NCBI RefSeq assembly: GCF_009834535.1
Contig: NC_045696.1
Location: forward strand, 41,914,001 to 41,978,000
From: Camelus ferus
Lineage: Eukaryota
Reading direction: 5' to 3'
DNA length: 64,000 nucleotides
Made by a program: the position numbers and the translations under genes. Positions within the stretch are counted from its first letter, which is position 1, and every line of letters starts with the position of its first letter. This document shows, piece after piece, positions 41,281 to 55,106 of this stretch. The notes beneath the pieces were generated by a model, which was not told the DNA's origin, ran no database searches, and saw only the letters and a list, made by a program, of their open reading frames with translations.

Positions 41281-42055
41281 TAATCATAGATTAGTTATAG
41301 GTAAGGTAAGCACCCTTTCTTAAGGTTAAGAATGTGCTTCGTGTTCTGTCGCTAACTCAGAACTAGGACTGTGAAATTTGTTATATTTTATTTAATCTGA
41401 AGAAAAATATTTTCATAATTTTGACTTGAAAGCTCAATTTGAGGTTTTATCTAGCTATCTATCTTGTTTTATCTGTTGAGACTGTTTGAATAAAAAGTAG
41501 TTGAAGTGCTGTATGACAGCTACAGTATTGCATATCCTCAAACGTACACATGACCCCCAGGGAGAGAGTCTGAGCCCTGTGGCAGCACACTCCAGGGGTG
41601 GCTCACACATTGATTTTCCTGTTGTTGTATCCCAACAAACATGTCTTGATGATAATTCCTTGGAAATATTGTTATAAAAGAATTTGTTATAATAGGATTT
41701 TACCTATAACATTATATTTGAAAATACATAGTATAAGGTCTGGAAAGATAACATATCAAACTGCTATCAGTGATTACCTTGGAGGACAGTCAAAGGAAAA
41801 CTAAAATATTGTATGTATTGTTTTCTTGTTGCGGATTTTACAGTGAAATCTGGAGATTTTAATTATACTTTAAAAATGTAAAGTTTGTATTTTCAAGAAC
41901 TCGGGGTATTTTTAGGTATTTTAGAGTTGCATATACTCTGTTGCTAGTTTTTAAAAACTCTTAATCCCAAATGGGTATCTAAAATGAGACTTTGATTATA
42001 GAGTCTGCTCATATGAATATGCTCTAATCTGTCTTATTAAATAGACCTCAGTGTA

Positions 42056-42205
42056 TATATTTTTTAAGATTTAAAAACATTTTTTTGGATGGGAATTAGG
42101 TTTGTTTATTTATTTATTTATTTTTAGATGGAGGCACTGGGGATTGAACCCAGAACCTGGTGCATGCTAAGCGTGTGTTCTACCACTGAGTGATACCCTC
42201 CCCCT
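42056..42205 (-). mobile_element. Vic-1-type SINE
   Basis: ggaggcactggggattgaacccag...taccactgag..ataccctcccc; TSD gacctcagtgta (42044-42055) and gacctcagagta (42206-42217). Confidence 0.85.
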
Positions 42206-42540
42206 GACCTCAGAGTACCTTTTTGACCCCCTAGTTAGCTAGACATGTGCCGTTGTGCTTCTGATTATTTTTCAAGTCAAGACGAGAATTGCTTCGAATA
42301 GGCCCATGTCTGCTCCCCTGGAGAAGGTCTTTTGTTACCAAGGACGTGAACCACTTGTGCCAGCCAGGTCTGGGCTGGGGGTGCTGTGGGAAGGGTAAGG
42401 GGAGTCAGGTCGTTTCTAACTCCAGTTCTGCCATCTGCCATTTACCAGCTTTATGAGTGTTGAGGAAGAAAGCTCAAAGGACAGTTGTAAAACAGGTATA
42501 ATTTTTATTTTGTAATAAAACTATATCCTTTGGTTTATAG

Positions 42541-43246
42541 GTAAGGTCTCTACAAGCTTGGCAACAGTCAGTGGACCAGCAACTAAGTTCCTGGCAGATC
42601 GATGTTCCTCCTGTATCAAGTACCTTGGTGCCACCTAAACCTGCATTACTCACCCGAAGTCAGGAGCCCTCTTCTGATCAAAATTCTGATTGGTTCATTG
42701 CTCCTGATGAAGCTCCTCAAGAGAAATCCTTACCAGAATTTCCAGACTCTGGTTTTCATTCCTCCCTAACAGAACAAGTACACTGTTTACAGGATTCTTT
42801 GGATTTTGAAAAAAGTTCCACAGAGGGTAGTGAAAGTTCCATAATGGGGAATTCCATTGACACAGTCAGACATGGCAAAGAGCCAGACCTAGGGGATGAT
42901 AGTGAAGAACATGGTGAATGGAGTAAGGGAAGCTCAAACCATGAGCAGGATAATAGTCTGCTTGAACAGTATTTAACTTCAGTTCAACAGCTAGACGATG
43001 CTGATGAGAGGACCCATTTGGATGAAGGGACTGGAGATAGTAAGCTTCACATAGCTGGTTCCCCTGAAAAGTTAGATGCCTTGTCTGACAGTGCTTCTGT
43101 AGATGATGCTCATGGCATATCTCCTGCTCTGCAAGATGAAATCAGCCAGACTACCAGAGAATTGTAAATTAAATGCAGACACCCAAGAGCAGCAGTCAGA
43201 ATGTGATTCTACATTTCAGGTATTGCATGTTGGTATTATTGTGTAG
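42541..43246 (+). CDS. CEP97: CEP97 exon 11 coding part (one frameshift near 43150; orthologous stop TAG 43244-43246)
   Basis: [13 protein letters not shown]...[15 protein letters not shown]...EISQT, then the +1 frame gives [29 protein letters not shown], like the recalled human C-terminus. Confidence 0.9.
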
Positions 43247-46200
43247 CTTGCCTGGTTGCTTGGGAAGCAGAAATCCAACTAACTTCAGACTATTTTCAGT
43301 TGGCTTTTTTGTGTCAGGGGTGGGGAGAAGAATATTCCTCCCAATTTTGTTACTATTTATCTAGAATTTATATTCTTGTCTCATATTTTCTGTATCCTAG
43401 GTACTAAGCTGAATCTTCATTTTGATTTTGTTAGCTTTTTACTTAGCTGTAAGGTATCAAACAATATTTATATTGAAAGCTACATGCACTTTATTAACAA
43501 CTGAATTGCATCAACAGTGTTCCTGTGTTTTCATGTATTCACTTCCTTTCAAAAATAAACTAGAATATGTTAAAGAAGATAGAAAAATTTACCTTAATGA
43601 TATAAATAAGAGTATTTTAATTCCTCTGCATACAAGGAAATTAATTATGTCATAAGGAATGCAATTTGTTATAATGAATATAAATGACAAATAGGTTTGT
43701 GAACTATTGAAATTTGCCAGCCTCCTTGGAGTAAGAACATATATTTTTAAGCATTTTTTTCCTTCCTTATGAGTCAAGGAAAGCCTTCTTATAAGCAAAA
43801 GGTAAGATTATAGGAATTTTCAGTGGGGATGATTAAATTGTCTCATGGAAAAGCTTTAGTTAATGTCGTGTATCAGTTTTAACATGTGAAGCAACAGTGT
43901 TCTATCTAGAATTAAAGTCAAGTTTATTTAAAGAGGCAACACAAGAATATTTCTCTTGGATATAGGCTCCATTCACTTGGAATAATGTCACAGGAGACAT
44001 TTGTTATCTTTTCATTTAGTGATGATTTTACCTCACAGATGGGCATTTCTGTGCCAGTACATTGCCAGAAGTTAACGTCTGTTTGTCTTCTCTCTTCCTG
44101 CTTTCTATTTGCTTGTGTATCTCAGCAGAGGTCCTGTGGCCATTTACTTCACTTTTGACCTCTGCCCCATAGAAAAGAACATTTAAAATAATACCAGTGG
44201 AGGAATATGAATGACTTTTTTTTTAAGGACTATTTTCTATCTAAACTCTGAAAAAGTGCCACATTGGGAAAGACAATTTGATGGTGGTTGAGAAAAAAAT
44301 ACACCTCACTTATTTCTTTACTTATTAAAAAGAGTATGTATCTGTAACTCCAGGAAGAAATGACAATATCATGTTTGAACGTTATAGATAGACACATTCA
44401 CAAATCAAGGATAATTTTGGGAAGCTTATTTTAATCTTTGAGACTGTTCTAGTATTGTTGAACGACACATACCTGACTTGCTCCCAATCTGTGGACATAC
44501 AGCTATTTTAAACTATGGCAATACTTAAGTGTTCTCTAAATTGAGGTGCTAAATAACTGTTCATTCCTCGGTTCAGTCACTAGGTCCCCTTCTTCGAACT
44601 TATACAAAATAAAAGCTTCTGATTCTTCCAAGAATAAAGTCAGGGAGTCCCATGTTCTACTTTGTTGATAGTTAGAAACATTTCTCCAATGTGGGTAAGA
44701 TGTATTTTTCTTGGTTTGTAAATATGTAGCACTCAGGTTGAGAAAACTTGGATTTCATTCTCAGAAATCCAGAATCTCTTGCAAAGGAAATATTTTCTGT
44801 CTCTTATAAACAAAACAGCAGTCTTACATTGAAAGGATTTTCCCTAGTGAAGCACATATCACATTGAATGCATGTTAAATAAGAGAAGAATTTTTACCTT
44901 TTTGAATAATGCTGATTATCTTTTATGAATGATTTTGAATTTCTTCTTAAATGTACCCTATTTTTCTATTTTACAGTTAAGTGCCTCATTTGCTGCCCAT
45001 AGTTAGACAAAGAAAAACCAACTTGCGCTGCACTAATACCAAAATGCTGCATCATGGTGCATTAGTTTCTCATAAAAGCTTCTGAAATGTCATGGTTCAG
45101 TATTACCTCAGTAGGCTTCTGCTGACATCTCCCCACTTTTCTCTTTTTTTAAGAAATGACAAAACACAACTAAGTTCATTTGAACATCAGCATTTGCCAA
45201 TAAGATTTCCTTTTCCATCTTTGCCTTGTTTTTCTAGCCCATAAATGGTATTCAGCATACTTTTATTTTAAAATTGGCAGAATATGATTAAGATACTCTG
45301 CTGTTCATGCTATTTAACTTTACTAGCATTTTGAAGTGCAAGAATATTAAGTAGCCCCCTACCTTAGATGTACAGATTATCTCGAATGTAAATAGAATGA
45401 ACGTAATGTAAATTAGAATGCAGGAAGACTGTGGCACTAGACCTAATATATTTTAATAGGTTTACAGTGTAATTTAAAATTATTTATTTGACTAAGGTAC
45501 TTGGTTTTAACTCTATGAGCTATTTATTGCTCTGGTCAGAGAATGAGTCTGGTAAGGTTTGGGAAGTTGAGCTTTAACAGAGTCTTTGTGTTCTTCTAAT
45601 AGGAGAGGTTAGTTCAGCTGTGCCATTTTACTTTGGTTCTCCTCCTTTGTGAGCAATTTCAATATATTCCTTCAGAGGCATGGAATCATACCATGTGAGA
45701 ATTGGAAGGAACGTTAGAGATTGTCTATTCTAATCTCTTTGTTTTAAAGATGAAACTAAAGCACAGAGAAGTTAGATGACTTGTTTGAATGGATAGCTAG
45801 TTAGTAGAAAATAAACTGTGAAAACTTAAAAGTTATTGTATTCCAAAATGTATTATATACACTTTACGTTAATCTTTACACAGTAAGTCAGTAAGAAAGT
45901 CTCTACATATTCTTCATCCTCTTTGAAAGAGACAAAAAAACAGTTCTAAGAGAGCTGGAACTCTACCATTCAAGGCAGAGTGGCTTGAGGAAAAACAGCT
46001 GATACGTGCAGAACCCTGAGTGAATTTTCTCTAAGAAATGTGATTTGATTAAAATGGTTTTCAAAGAGTAACATGGTAGAAATCAACATTTTAAAAGACT
46101 AACTGCATCTTGGAGTCCATTTATTTGATGACAGGAAGTATAACAGGTTGCTGGGATACATAATTTTCTAGTGAAATGCTAGTTTGATTATATTTCATCT

Positions 46201-47332
46201 TTAGTTTTACAGAAAAACAGATGGTAAAGTTTTGACTCTCTTAGTGTGCAGAAAGCTCCAATCATGACAGTTGATACATACAGAATATAGTTTGGTTTTA
46301 TAAATTTAATTATAAAAAGCCTTACAATGTGCATGTTTGTAGGAAATAGTTAGCCACATAATTTTAGTATATATGCAAATAACTAAAAATTGAAGTATAG
46401 TTGATTTACAACGTTGTGTTAATTTCTAGTGTACAGCATACTGACGCATTTATATGTAAATATATATATTCCTTTTCATATTCTTTTTCATTTTAGGCCA
46501 TTACAAAGTATTGAGTATAGTTCCCTGTGCCATACAGTAGGACCTGTTTTTTATCTAAAAATAACTTCTTATGAGTATTTTCAGAAACAGTATAGACTTA
46601 TGATATTATACTGTCTCCCTTGATAATGTGTTTGACACAGATTCTTAGAGTTGAATTGATAACCACAATATAAAATATAAAAATCTTTTTTTCCTGTAGT
46701 AAAAAGGGAAAATGCAAGATGAGTCTGATCAATTTCCCATTCATAAATTTTAAAAAGACACATAATTCTTTAATGTGTATTTTTATTTTACCATGTACCT
46801 TATTAAGGAATTTTTATTACAGTAACATTTTAACTTTTAAATATATGACCCCCTTCATTTATGAAATAGAGCCGAAAAGGTCTGTAAGGAACATTCTAAA
46901 CATTTTTAGTGATATTGCTTTCACTAATCAAACCTATTGTGCCATACTTAAATTTAAAGGTCAAGTAAACAATGTAGTCCTCACAGCCTTGGAGAGAAAC
47001 AGGTATATGTCTTTTAAAAATGAGGTGCTTTTTATTTGTGAATGAGTAGAAATCATACTACAATTTAATTCCTTAATTAACTTTAGTGGATAGCAGGAAT
47101 TACTCTGTAGTGGCTTTGTTCATTTCCTAATTAAATTTCTTTGAGTGTTTTGTAATTATTTTAATGCTGACAGTAAGAGTTTAAAAATAATTTGATTTAA
47201 CACTATTTTTAGGTTTCTCTTTAATTTTGTTGTAGAAATAATGGATGATTTAAAGTGGCTTGTGGTCTGTTTTATGAAGGCTTAATATTTTATATTGTAC
47301 TTACTTAATTTGTATTTAAGTCTCAGATTCTA

Positions 47333-47338
47333 AATAAA
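47333..47338 (+). terminator. CEP97: Candidate distal CEP97 poly(A) signal
   Basis: AATAAA followed by GT/T-rich sequence at the end of about 4 kb of repeat-poor AT-rich DNA; other AATAAA at 43554, 44608, 44633. Confidence 0.45.
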
Positions 47339-47734
47339 AAGTTTGTACATTTGTTTGAGTGATTCATCTATATATAATAGTGATTAGTAGTAATGGCTGT
47401 TATTAACTGTGCTTGTAATTAATGGGTAATTAAAATTCAGAACACATTGCAGATAGAATTCTTAAAGAACATTCAACAGTATTGTATAAGTGAATTGACA
47501 ATAAAGCAATTTTAGCCTTATGAAAGGAATACGAGTTTAGTTTTGTTTGGTATAGATTTCATTACTTCCAGGATACTCACTGGAATTCTCTGGGTAGAGA
47601 AGAACAAATATTATCCCTCAAAGAGCATAGGTGACACTGTCAGACGCTGTTGAAACAGTGGATGCTGAAAGTGTTAGGGAGGGAGGGAGTAGAAGCCTTC
47701 TCATTTGACACAGTTAGGGCCTGTAGTTGGTTGG

Positions 47735-48124
47735 TGTTATGGACTGAGTTGTATCCTCCCCCACCCCCGGTTCATATATTGAAGCCCTGAGCCCCAATGT
47801 GACTGTATTTGGAGATAGGGACATTAAGGAGGTAATTAAGGTTAAATGAGGTCATAAGGGTGGGGCTCTAATCCAGTGGTACTGGTGTCCCTATAAGAAG
47901 AGGAAGAGACATTATTTTTTGTGTGCCTAGAAGAAAGGCCATTTGAGGACACAGCAAGAAGACAGCCATTTGCAAGCCAGGAAGAGAGCTCTCATCAGAC
48001 ATTCAACCTGTTGGCACCTTGATTTTGGACTTTCAGCTGCCAGAAATACGAGAAAATAAATTTCTGTTGTTTAAGTTACTCAATCAGTGGAATTTTGTTA
48101 TGGCATCCTGAGCAGACTAACACA
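47735..48124 (+). mobile_element. Full MLT1A/B-like solo LTR
   Basis: TGTTATGGACTGA...GCAGACTAACACA with perfect 5-bp TSD GTTGG (47730-47734, 48125-48129). Confidence 0.9.
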
Positions 48125-49977
48125 GTTGGTTAATTAAAAATTCAGAAAATAGTAAAGATATATTTATACCCTTATAATTTAAAAAATTACTGAAATATAA
48201 GTAACATACAGTGAACTGCATATATTTCAAGTGGACATTTTGATACATTATGACACATGCATCCCATCATCACAACAGTCAAAATAAATATATTCACCCC
48301 CAAAAGATTTCTCATAACCCCTCCTTCTGTTTTGCCTGGTTTCTTTTATTCAGTGTAATTATTTAGAGATTCAGCTGATAGTCCATTCCTTTTTATTGCT
48401 GAGTAGTATTCCATTGTTTATACTTGCTACGATTTGTTTTTTTCAATTTTATTAAAAATAGTTTTCCAGCTTTATTGCAAAATAGTTGACATATAACATT
48501 GTGTAAGTTTAAGGTGTACAATTTGATGATTTAATATATGTATATATTGTAAAACGTTTATCATAATAGGATTAATTAATATATCCACTACCTCACATGG
48601 TTACAATTTTGTGTGTGTGTATGTATGTGTGTGTATTGAGAACTTTTAAGATCTATTTCCTTAGCAAGTTTCAAGGCGTTTTATGGTATCAGGTCTTATG
48701 TTTAAGTCTCACTTTGAGTTAATTTTTGTGAATGGTGTAAGATAGGGGTCCAGTTTCATTCTTTGGCATGTGGATATCCAGTTTTCCCAGCATCATTTGT
48801 TGAAGAGATTATCCTTTCCCTATTAAGTATTCTTGGCTCTTGTCAAATCTTAGTTGACTGTATATGCATGGGTTTATTTCTGGGCTCTTGATTCTGCTTT
48901 CATTGGTCTATGTGTCCGGTTTTATGCCAGTTCCATACTGTTTTGATTACTGTAGCTTTGTAATCAGGAAGTGTGATATCTCCTACTTTTTTTTTTTTTT
49001 TTCCCTCAGCTCTGACTTTTTGAGGTCTTTTGAGGTTCCATATGAATTTTAGGATTATTTTTCCCATTTCTGTGAAAAGATGCCATTGGAATCTTGTTAG
49101 AAATTGCAATCTATAGATGGCACTGGGTAGTTTAGACATTTTAACAATATTAATTCTTCCAATCTATGATTGGGGGATATCTTTCCATTTATTTTTGTCT
49201 TCCTCAATCTCTTTCATCAACGTCTTACAGTTTTCAATATAAAGAAATTTGACTTCCTTGGCTAAATTTATTCCTAAGTATTTTATTTTGTTGTTTGTTT
49301 TGTAGTGAATATTCATTTTTAATGAGAAAAGGTTTTTTTGGTAGTGAGTTATTTTTGATGCTGTTGTGAGTGAGATAGTTTTCTTTTTCAGATAGCTTAT
49401 TAATGTATAGATATGCAACTGATTTTTGTATGCCAATTTTGTATTCTGCAGCTTTACTTGTGTTCATTGATTAGTTCTATGGTTTGGTAGAGCCTTTAGA
49501 GTTTCCTCTATGTAAGATCATGTCATCTGCAAACAGATAATTTTACTTCTTGATTTGGATGCTTTTAATTTTTTTTCCTTGACTGATTGCATTGATTAGG
49601 ACTTACAGTATTATGTTGAATAACAGTGGTGAGAATGGGCACTCTTGTTCCTTATCTTAGAAGAAAAACTTTCAGCTTTTCAACATTGAGTATCATGTTA
49701 GCTGTGGGCTTTATGGCTTTTATTATATTGAGATATGTTCCTTTTAAATCCAATTTGTTGTGAGTTTTTATCATGAATGGATGTTGATTTTGTCAAATGC
49801 TTTTTCTGTATCTAATGAGATGATAGGACTTTTATCTTTCATTCTATTAATGTGAGGTATCACATTTATATTTTAAATCATACATAAATTTAAATTATAT
49901 ATGAAATTATATGTATATTTGTATATATTTATATATAATTATTATGTACCATATTTATAATACATAATTATTATATA

Positions 49978-50190
49978 TAGTTGATCCTTGAGCAACACAG
50001 GGATTAGAGGTGCTGACCCCACCCCACGAAGGTAAAAATCCAAGAATAACTTTATAGTCAGCCCTTTCTGTCCACAGTTCCACATTCAACCAACTGAGGA
50101 TTGTGTAGTACTGCAGTATGTATTTATCAAAAAAACTCTGCATAAGTGGACCTGTGCAATTTAAACCTGTGCTGTCCAAGGGGTCAACTG
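49978..50190 (-). mobile_element. Tigger2-family (MER8-like) MITE inside a TA-rich tract
   Basis: TIRs tagttgatccttgagcaacacagg and cctgtgctgtccaaggggtcaactg, flanked by TA. Confidence 0.8.
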
Positions 50191-52718
50191 TATATATAAA
50201 TGTGATGTGTCATATATATGTTATATATTTGCATACATATTATATAATTATACATCATATAATATACATGTTATACAATATACAGTTGTAATGTCTTACA
50301 CATATGTATGTTATAGATTATCATTATATATTATATATAAATTATATGTATTTGTGTATGTTGAACCATCCTTGCATGGTGTATGATCATTTTATTGTAC
50401 TTTTGAATTTAGTTTGCTAGTATTTTGTTCAAGAAATTTGCATCTATATTTATCAGGGATTGCTTTTCTTTTCTATCTGGCTTTGGTACTGGCATAAAGC
50501 TGTCTTCATAAAGTGAAACTGGGAGTGTTCCTTCCTCTTCAACTTTTTGGAAGAGTTTGAGAAGGATTGGAATTAATTCTTTAAATGTTTGGTAGAATTC
50601 ACCAATGAAACCATCTGGTCCTGGACTTTTCTTTGTTGGGAGGTTTTTAATTCAACCTCCTACTCATTATTGATCTGCTCAGATTTCTTCCTCAGTCACT
50701 CCTAATTGATTGTATGTTTCTAGGAATTCTCCATTTCTCCTAGGCTGTCTAATTTGTTGCTATTTAATTGTTCACAGTAGTCTCTATGATTCTTCATATT
50801 TGTGTGATATCAGCTGTAATATGTCCTCTTTGTGAAAGCACTTAAAATTTTATTTATTTAGATCTTCTCTTTTCTTGAGTAATCTATCTAAAGTTTTGTC
50901 AATTTAGTTTATCTTTCCAAAGAGCCAATTCTTAGTTTTGTTAATCTTTTCTATCGTTTTCCTGTTTTCTATTTTGTTTATTTATGATCTCATCTTTCTT
51001 GTTTCCGTCTTTTGATAACTTTGGGCTTAGGTTTTCTTTTACTAGTTTCTTGATGTGTAAAGTTAAGTAGTTTGAGGTCTTTCTTTTTTCTTGATGTATG
51101 CACTCGTCACTATAAAATTCCTTCGGGGATTGGCTTTTGCTGCATCCCATAAGTTTTGGTTTTTTGTCTTTTCATTTTCATTTATCTCAAGATATTTTTT
51201 TAAATACCTTTTCAGGAGAGTGTTGTTTAATTTCTATATATTTGTAAATTTTCCAGCTTTCCTTCTGTTATTGACTTCTAGTTTCATTTCACTGTGATTG
51301 GAAAAATAAATACCTGATGTAATTTCTATCTTTAATTTGTTGAGAATTATTTTGTGGTCTAACATATGCTCTATCCTAGAAAATGTTCCATTTGCATTTG
51401 AGAAGAATGTGTGTTCTGCTGCTGTTGGATGGAATGTTCTGTACATGTCTATTAGATCTATCTGGTCTATAGTGTTCAAGTCTGCAGTTTCCTTATTGAT
51501 TCTTTGTGCAGATGATTTATCCATTGTTGAGAGTGGAATTTTAAAATCCCCAACTATTATTATATCACTCTTTATTTCCCTTTTTAGTTCTGTTAATATT
51601 TGCTTTATATTTTTAGGTGCCACGGTGTTGGATGCATAAATATTTACAATTGTTTTATCTTCTTGATAAATTGACCCCTTTATCATCATATAATGACCTT
51701 TATCTCTTTTGACATTTTTATCTTAAAGTCTATTTTGTCTAATTTAGCTGCTCATGCTTTCTTTTGGTTACTATTTGCTTGAAATATCTTTTTCCATTCC
51801 TTCATTCTCAGTCTGTGTGTCTACTTAAAGTGAGTCCCTTGTAGGTGGATGTCATTGAATCTTGTTTTTTAATCCATTCAGCCTTTCTCTGTCTTTTGAT
51901 TAAGGAATCAAACCATTTATATTATATAGGTAATTATTGATAGGCTTTTTGCCATTTTGTTAATTGTTTTCTGACTGTTTTATAGATGCTTTTTTCCTTG
52001 CTTCCTCTCTTGCTGTCTTCTTTTGTGATTTGATAACTTTTTGTGGTGGTATGCTTTGACTCCTTTATCCTAGTCTTTTGTGTATTTATTACAGGTGTTT
52101 TTCTTTGTGATTACCGTGAAGCTTACATAAAGTGTCTTATATTTATAACATTCTATTGTAAGCTGACAATCACTTTGATAGCATATTAGAAATTTTATAC
52201 TTTTGGGTGACCTCACATTCTAGGTTATTGATGTTATATTTTTATCCTATGTATCTAATAAGAAATTTTGGTAATTATGGAGTTTTTTTGTTGGTTTGTT
52301 TGTTTTTTTAGTTACAAAGGATTTAATTTCTGGCACACTGTAAGAATTGACATTTAAAAATGAAATTACAACATTCTTCTAAATGTCTCATGAAAAATCA
52401 AATGCTATAATTTTATAACCACCATAGCTGATTTAAAATACATTAATAAACTCTAGCTTAACACTTAGAAAGTTTCCATTGTTCCTTTTTCTTTGTTAAC
52501 TCATTTCTATTCTACTATACTCCCAGAGATATTTATCCTTGAATAATATATTTTATGCTTGAAAAATATTTTGTTGATCATCATATCATGCTTATCTGTA
52601 ACAAAATATGCATATAGGTTTAAATTTAAATTTTTAGTTTTCTCTAACTCTGAGACTTTAAATGTTATGATTTTTTTCTGGATTGAATTACAATCATAAT
52701 TTTTAGTGATATGTTCTT

Positions 52719-53780
52719 ATTTTTTTTAATTATTTATTTTTTTTGAAGTATACTTGATATACAATATAAGTTACAGGTGTACAATATAGTGATTCACAAT
52801 TTTTAAAGGTTATATACCATTTATAGTTGTAAAATATTTACTGTAGTCCCTGTGTTGTATAATATATCCTTGTAACTTACTTTATACCTAATAGTTTATA
52901 CCTCTTAATCCCATACCCCTATATTGCCCTTCTCCCCTTCCCTCTCTCCACTGGTAACTGCTGGTTTGTCCTCTATATCTGTGAGTTGGCTCCTTTTTTG
53001 TTATATTCACTAGTTTGTTGTACTTTTTAGATTCCACATATAAGTGATATCATACAGTGTATGTCTTTCTTTGTCTGACTTATTTCACTTAGCATCATGC
53101 CCTCCTCCAAGTCTATACATGTTGCTGGCAAATGGCAAAAATTTTGTTTTTTTTTTAATTGGTTGAGTAGTATTCCATTGTATAAATATACCACATCTTC
53201 TTTATCCATTCACGTGTTGGTGGACACTCAGGTTGCTTCCATATCTTGGCAATTGTAAATAATGCTGTTATGAACATGAGGGTGCATTTATCTTTTTTCA
53301 GATCAGTGTTTTTGGATTTTTTTTGGATATATACCCAGGAATGGAACTGCTGGGTTATATGATAGTTGTAATTTTAGTTTTTTGATAAACCTCCATATTA
53401 TTTTCCGCAGTGACTGCCCTAATTTACTTCCCGCCAACACTGTACAAGGGTTCCATTTTCTCCACATCTTGCCAACATTTGTTATTTGTGTTCTTTTTGA
53501 TGGTAGCTGTTCTGACAGGTGTGAGGTGATTACTCATTGTGGTTTTGATTTGCATTTCCCTGATGATTAGCGACATTGAGTATCTCTTCATGTGCCTGTT
53601 TGCCATCTGCATTTCCTCCTTGGAAAAATGTCTATTTATACTTCCACCCATTTTTAAATTGGGTTTTTGTGGGTTTTTTTTGATGTTGAGTTGTATGAGC
53701 TGTTTATGTTTGTTGGATAGTAATCCTTTACCATTTGCAAATATTTTCTCCCATTCAATAGGTTGTCTTTTTGTTTTGTC
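52719..53780 (-). mobile_element. Younger 5'-truncated L1 nested in the older L1
   Basis: ORF2 C-terminus ([17 protein letters not shown]...[10 protein letters not shown]), 3' UTR and T-rich tail 52719-52744. Confidence 0.9.
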
Positions 53781-55106
53781 ATTATGGTAATTTTTAATGC
53801 ATTTCCTTTTTAACTTTTAAAGTACAGTTATAAGCGAATTATGCACCAACATTGAAATACTAGAAAATCTTACTTTGACTATATATTTAGCATTATCAGT
53901 GAGTTTTATACATTTATGTTTTTATGATGTTAATATCATCCTTTTATTTCTGCTTGAAGAACACCCTTTATTATTCCTGATAAGGTAGGTCTAGTGATAA
54001 ACACCCTCACCTTTGTTTTCCCAGAAAATTCTTTATTTTTCTTTCACAGTTTTATTGAGATTTAATTGACATACAACTTGGTATAAATTTAAGATGCACA
54101 GCATAAGGATTTGACTTAACATATATCATGAAATGATTAGCACAGTAAATTTGATGAATATCCTTCTCATATAGATACAAAGTTAATGAAAAAGTTTTTT
54201 CTTGTTATGAGAACTGTTCAGATTTACTCTCTTAACAACTTCTGTATATAATATAAAGCAATCTTAATTATATTTATCATGTACATTAGATCCCTAGTAC
54301 TTATTTATTTTATAAATGGAAGTTTGTACTTTTTGGCTGCTTTCATCCAATCCCCACTCCCCTCACCCCCCGACTCTGGTAGTAACCACAAATCTGATTG
54401 CTTTTTCTATGAGGTTTTTTTTTTTTTTAAAGTATAACTGGATTCTATTCTGTTCCAGTGATGTAGTCATTTATATTGTAAATGTATATGTACACTACAC
54501 TATATTGATTACTGTAGCTTTACACTAAATCTTGAAATAAGGTAATTGAAGTCCTTCAGTGTTCTTTTTCAACATTGTGTTCTTTGAGTATAGATGTTCT
54601 GGGGTTTGGTGGCTTTTGTGTATAAATTCTACCTATAATGCACCATTTCAGTTTTTATTTCTCTGAAACAGAGCTTAAAAGCACATGTAAAACCACCCAA
54701 ATGGAGAGTACTTCTGGATTTTTATAATTTCTCCCTCTGACCTTTGATAATTTTCTTGTCCATCTCTAACTCAGTAGCAGTTTTTTGTTTTACTCCTTTA
54801 TGCAGTTCAATTTTGAGTCTTTCCAAATCACTCAACTATTTGTTTTCCAAGAATATTTTCTCGTTTTACACTTGATCAAAGGTTCATATAATAGCTAGAT
54901 CATATAGTTCCAACAAATTTTAAGTGGCCTAAACTGATTTAGAAACAAACAACTCAAATTGGTGAGGATGGCAGTGCATGCTCTGGAGAGAGGATTGAAA
55001 GCAAGTCAGCAGAATGACAAAGTTTTTTGTGCACATTCTCACGTATATTTAAAGGAAAAGAAAATCTGTTTGCCCTTCAAAAAAGATTCTTCCAAATTTA
55101 GATAAT

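Larger units (their letters stand above)
48440..54040 (-). mobile_element. Large decayed L1 (ORF2 endonuclease/RT remnants) carrying nested insertions
   Basis: ORF 51234-51689 [19 protein letters not shown]...IIVGDF...TFSRIEHML is L1 endonuclease; 49164-49436 KIKYLGINL; 48900-49139 ILKFIWN...LPDYKATVIKTVW. Confidence 0.9.

Noticed and set aside
51234..51689. L1 endonuclease ORF as an active or domesticated gene
   Set aside because: The rest of ORF2 is broken by stops, frameshifts and nested insertions.
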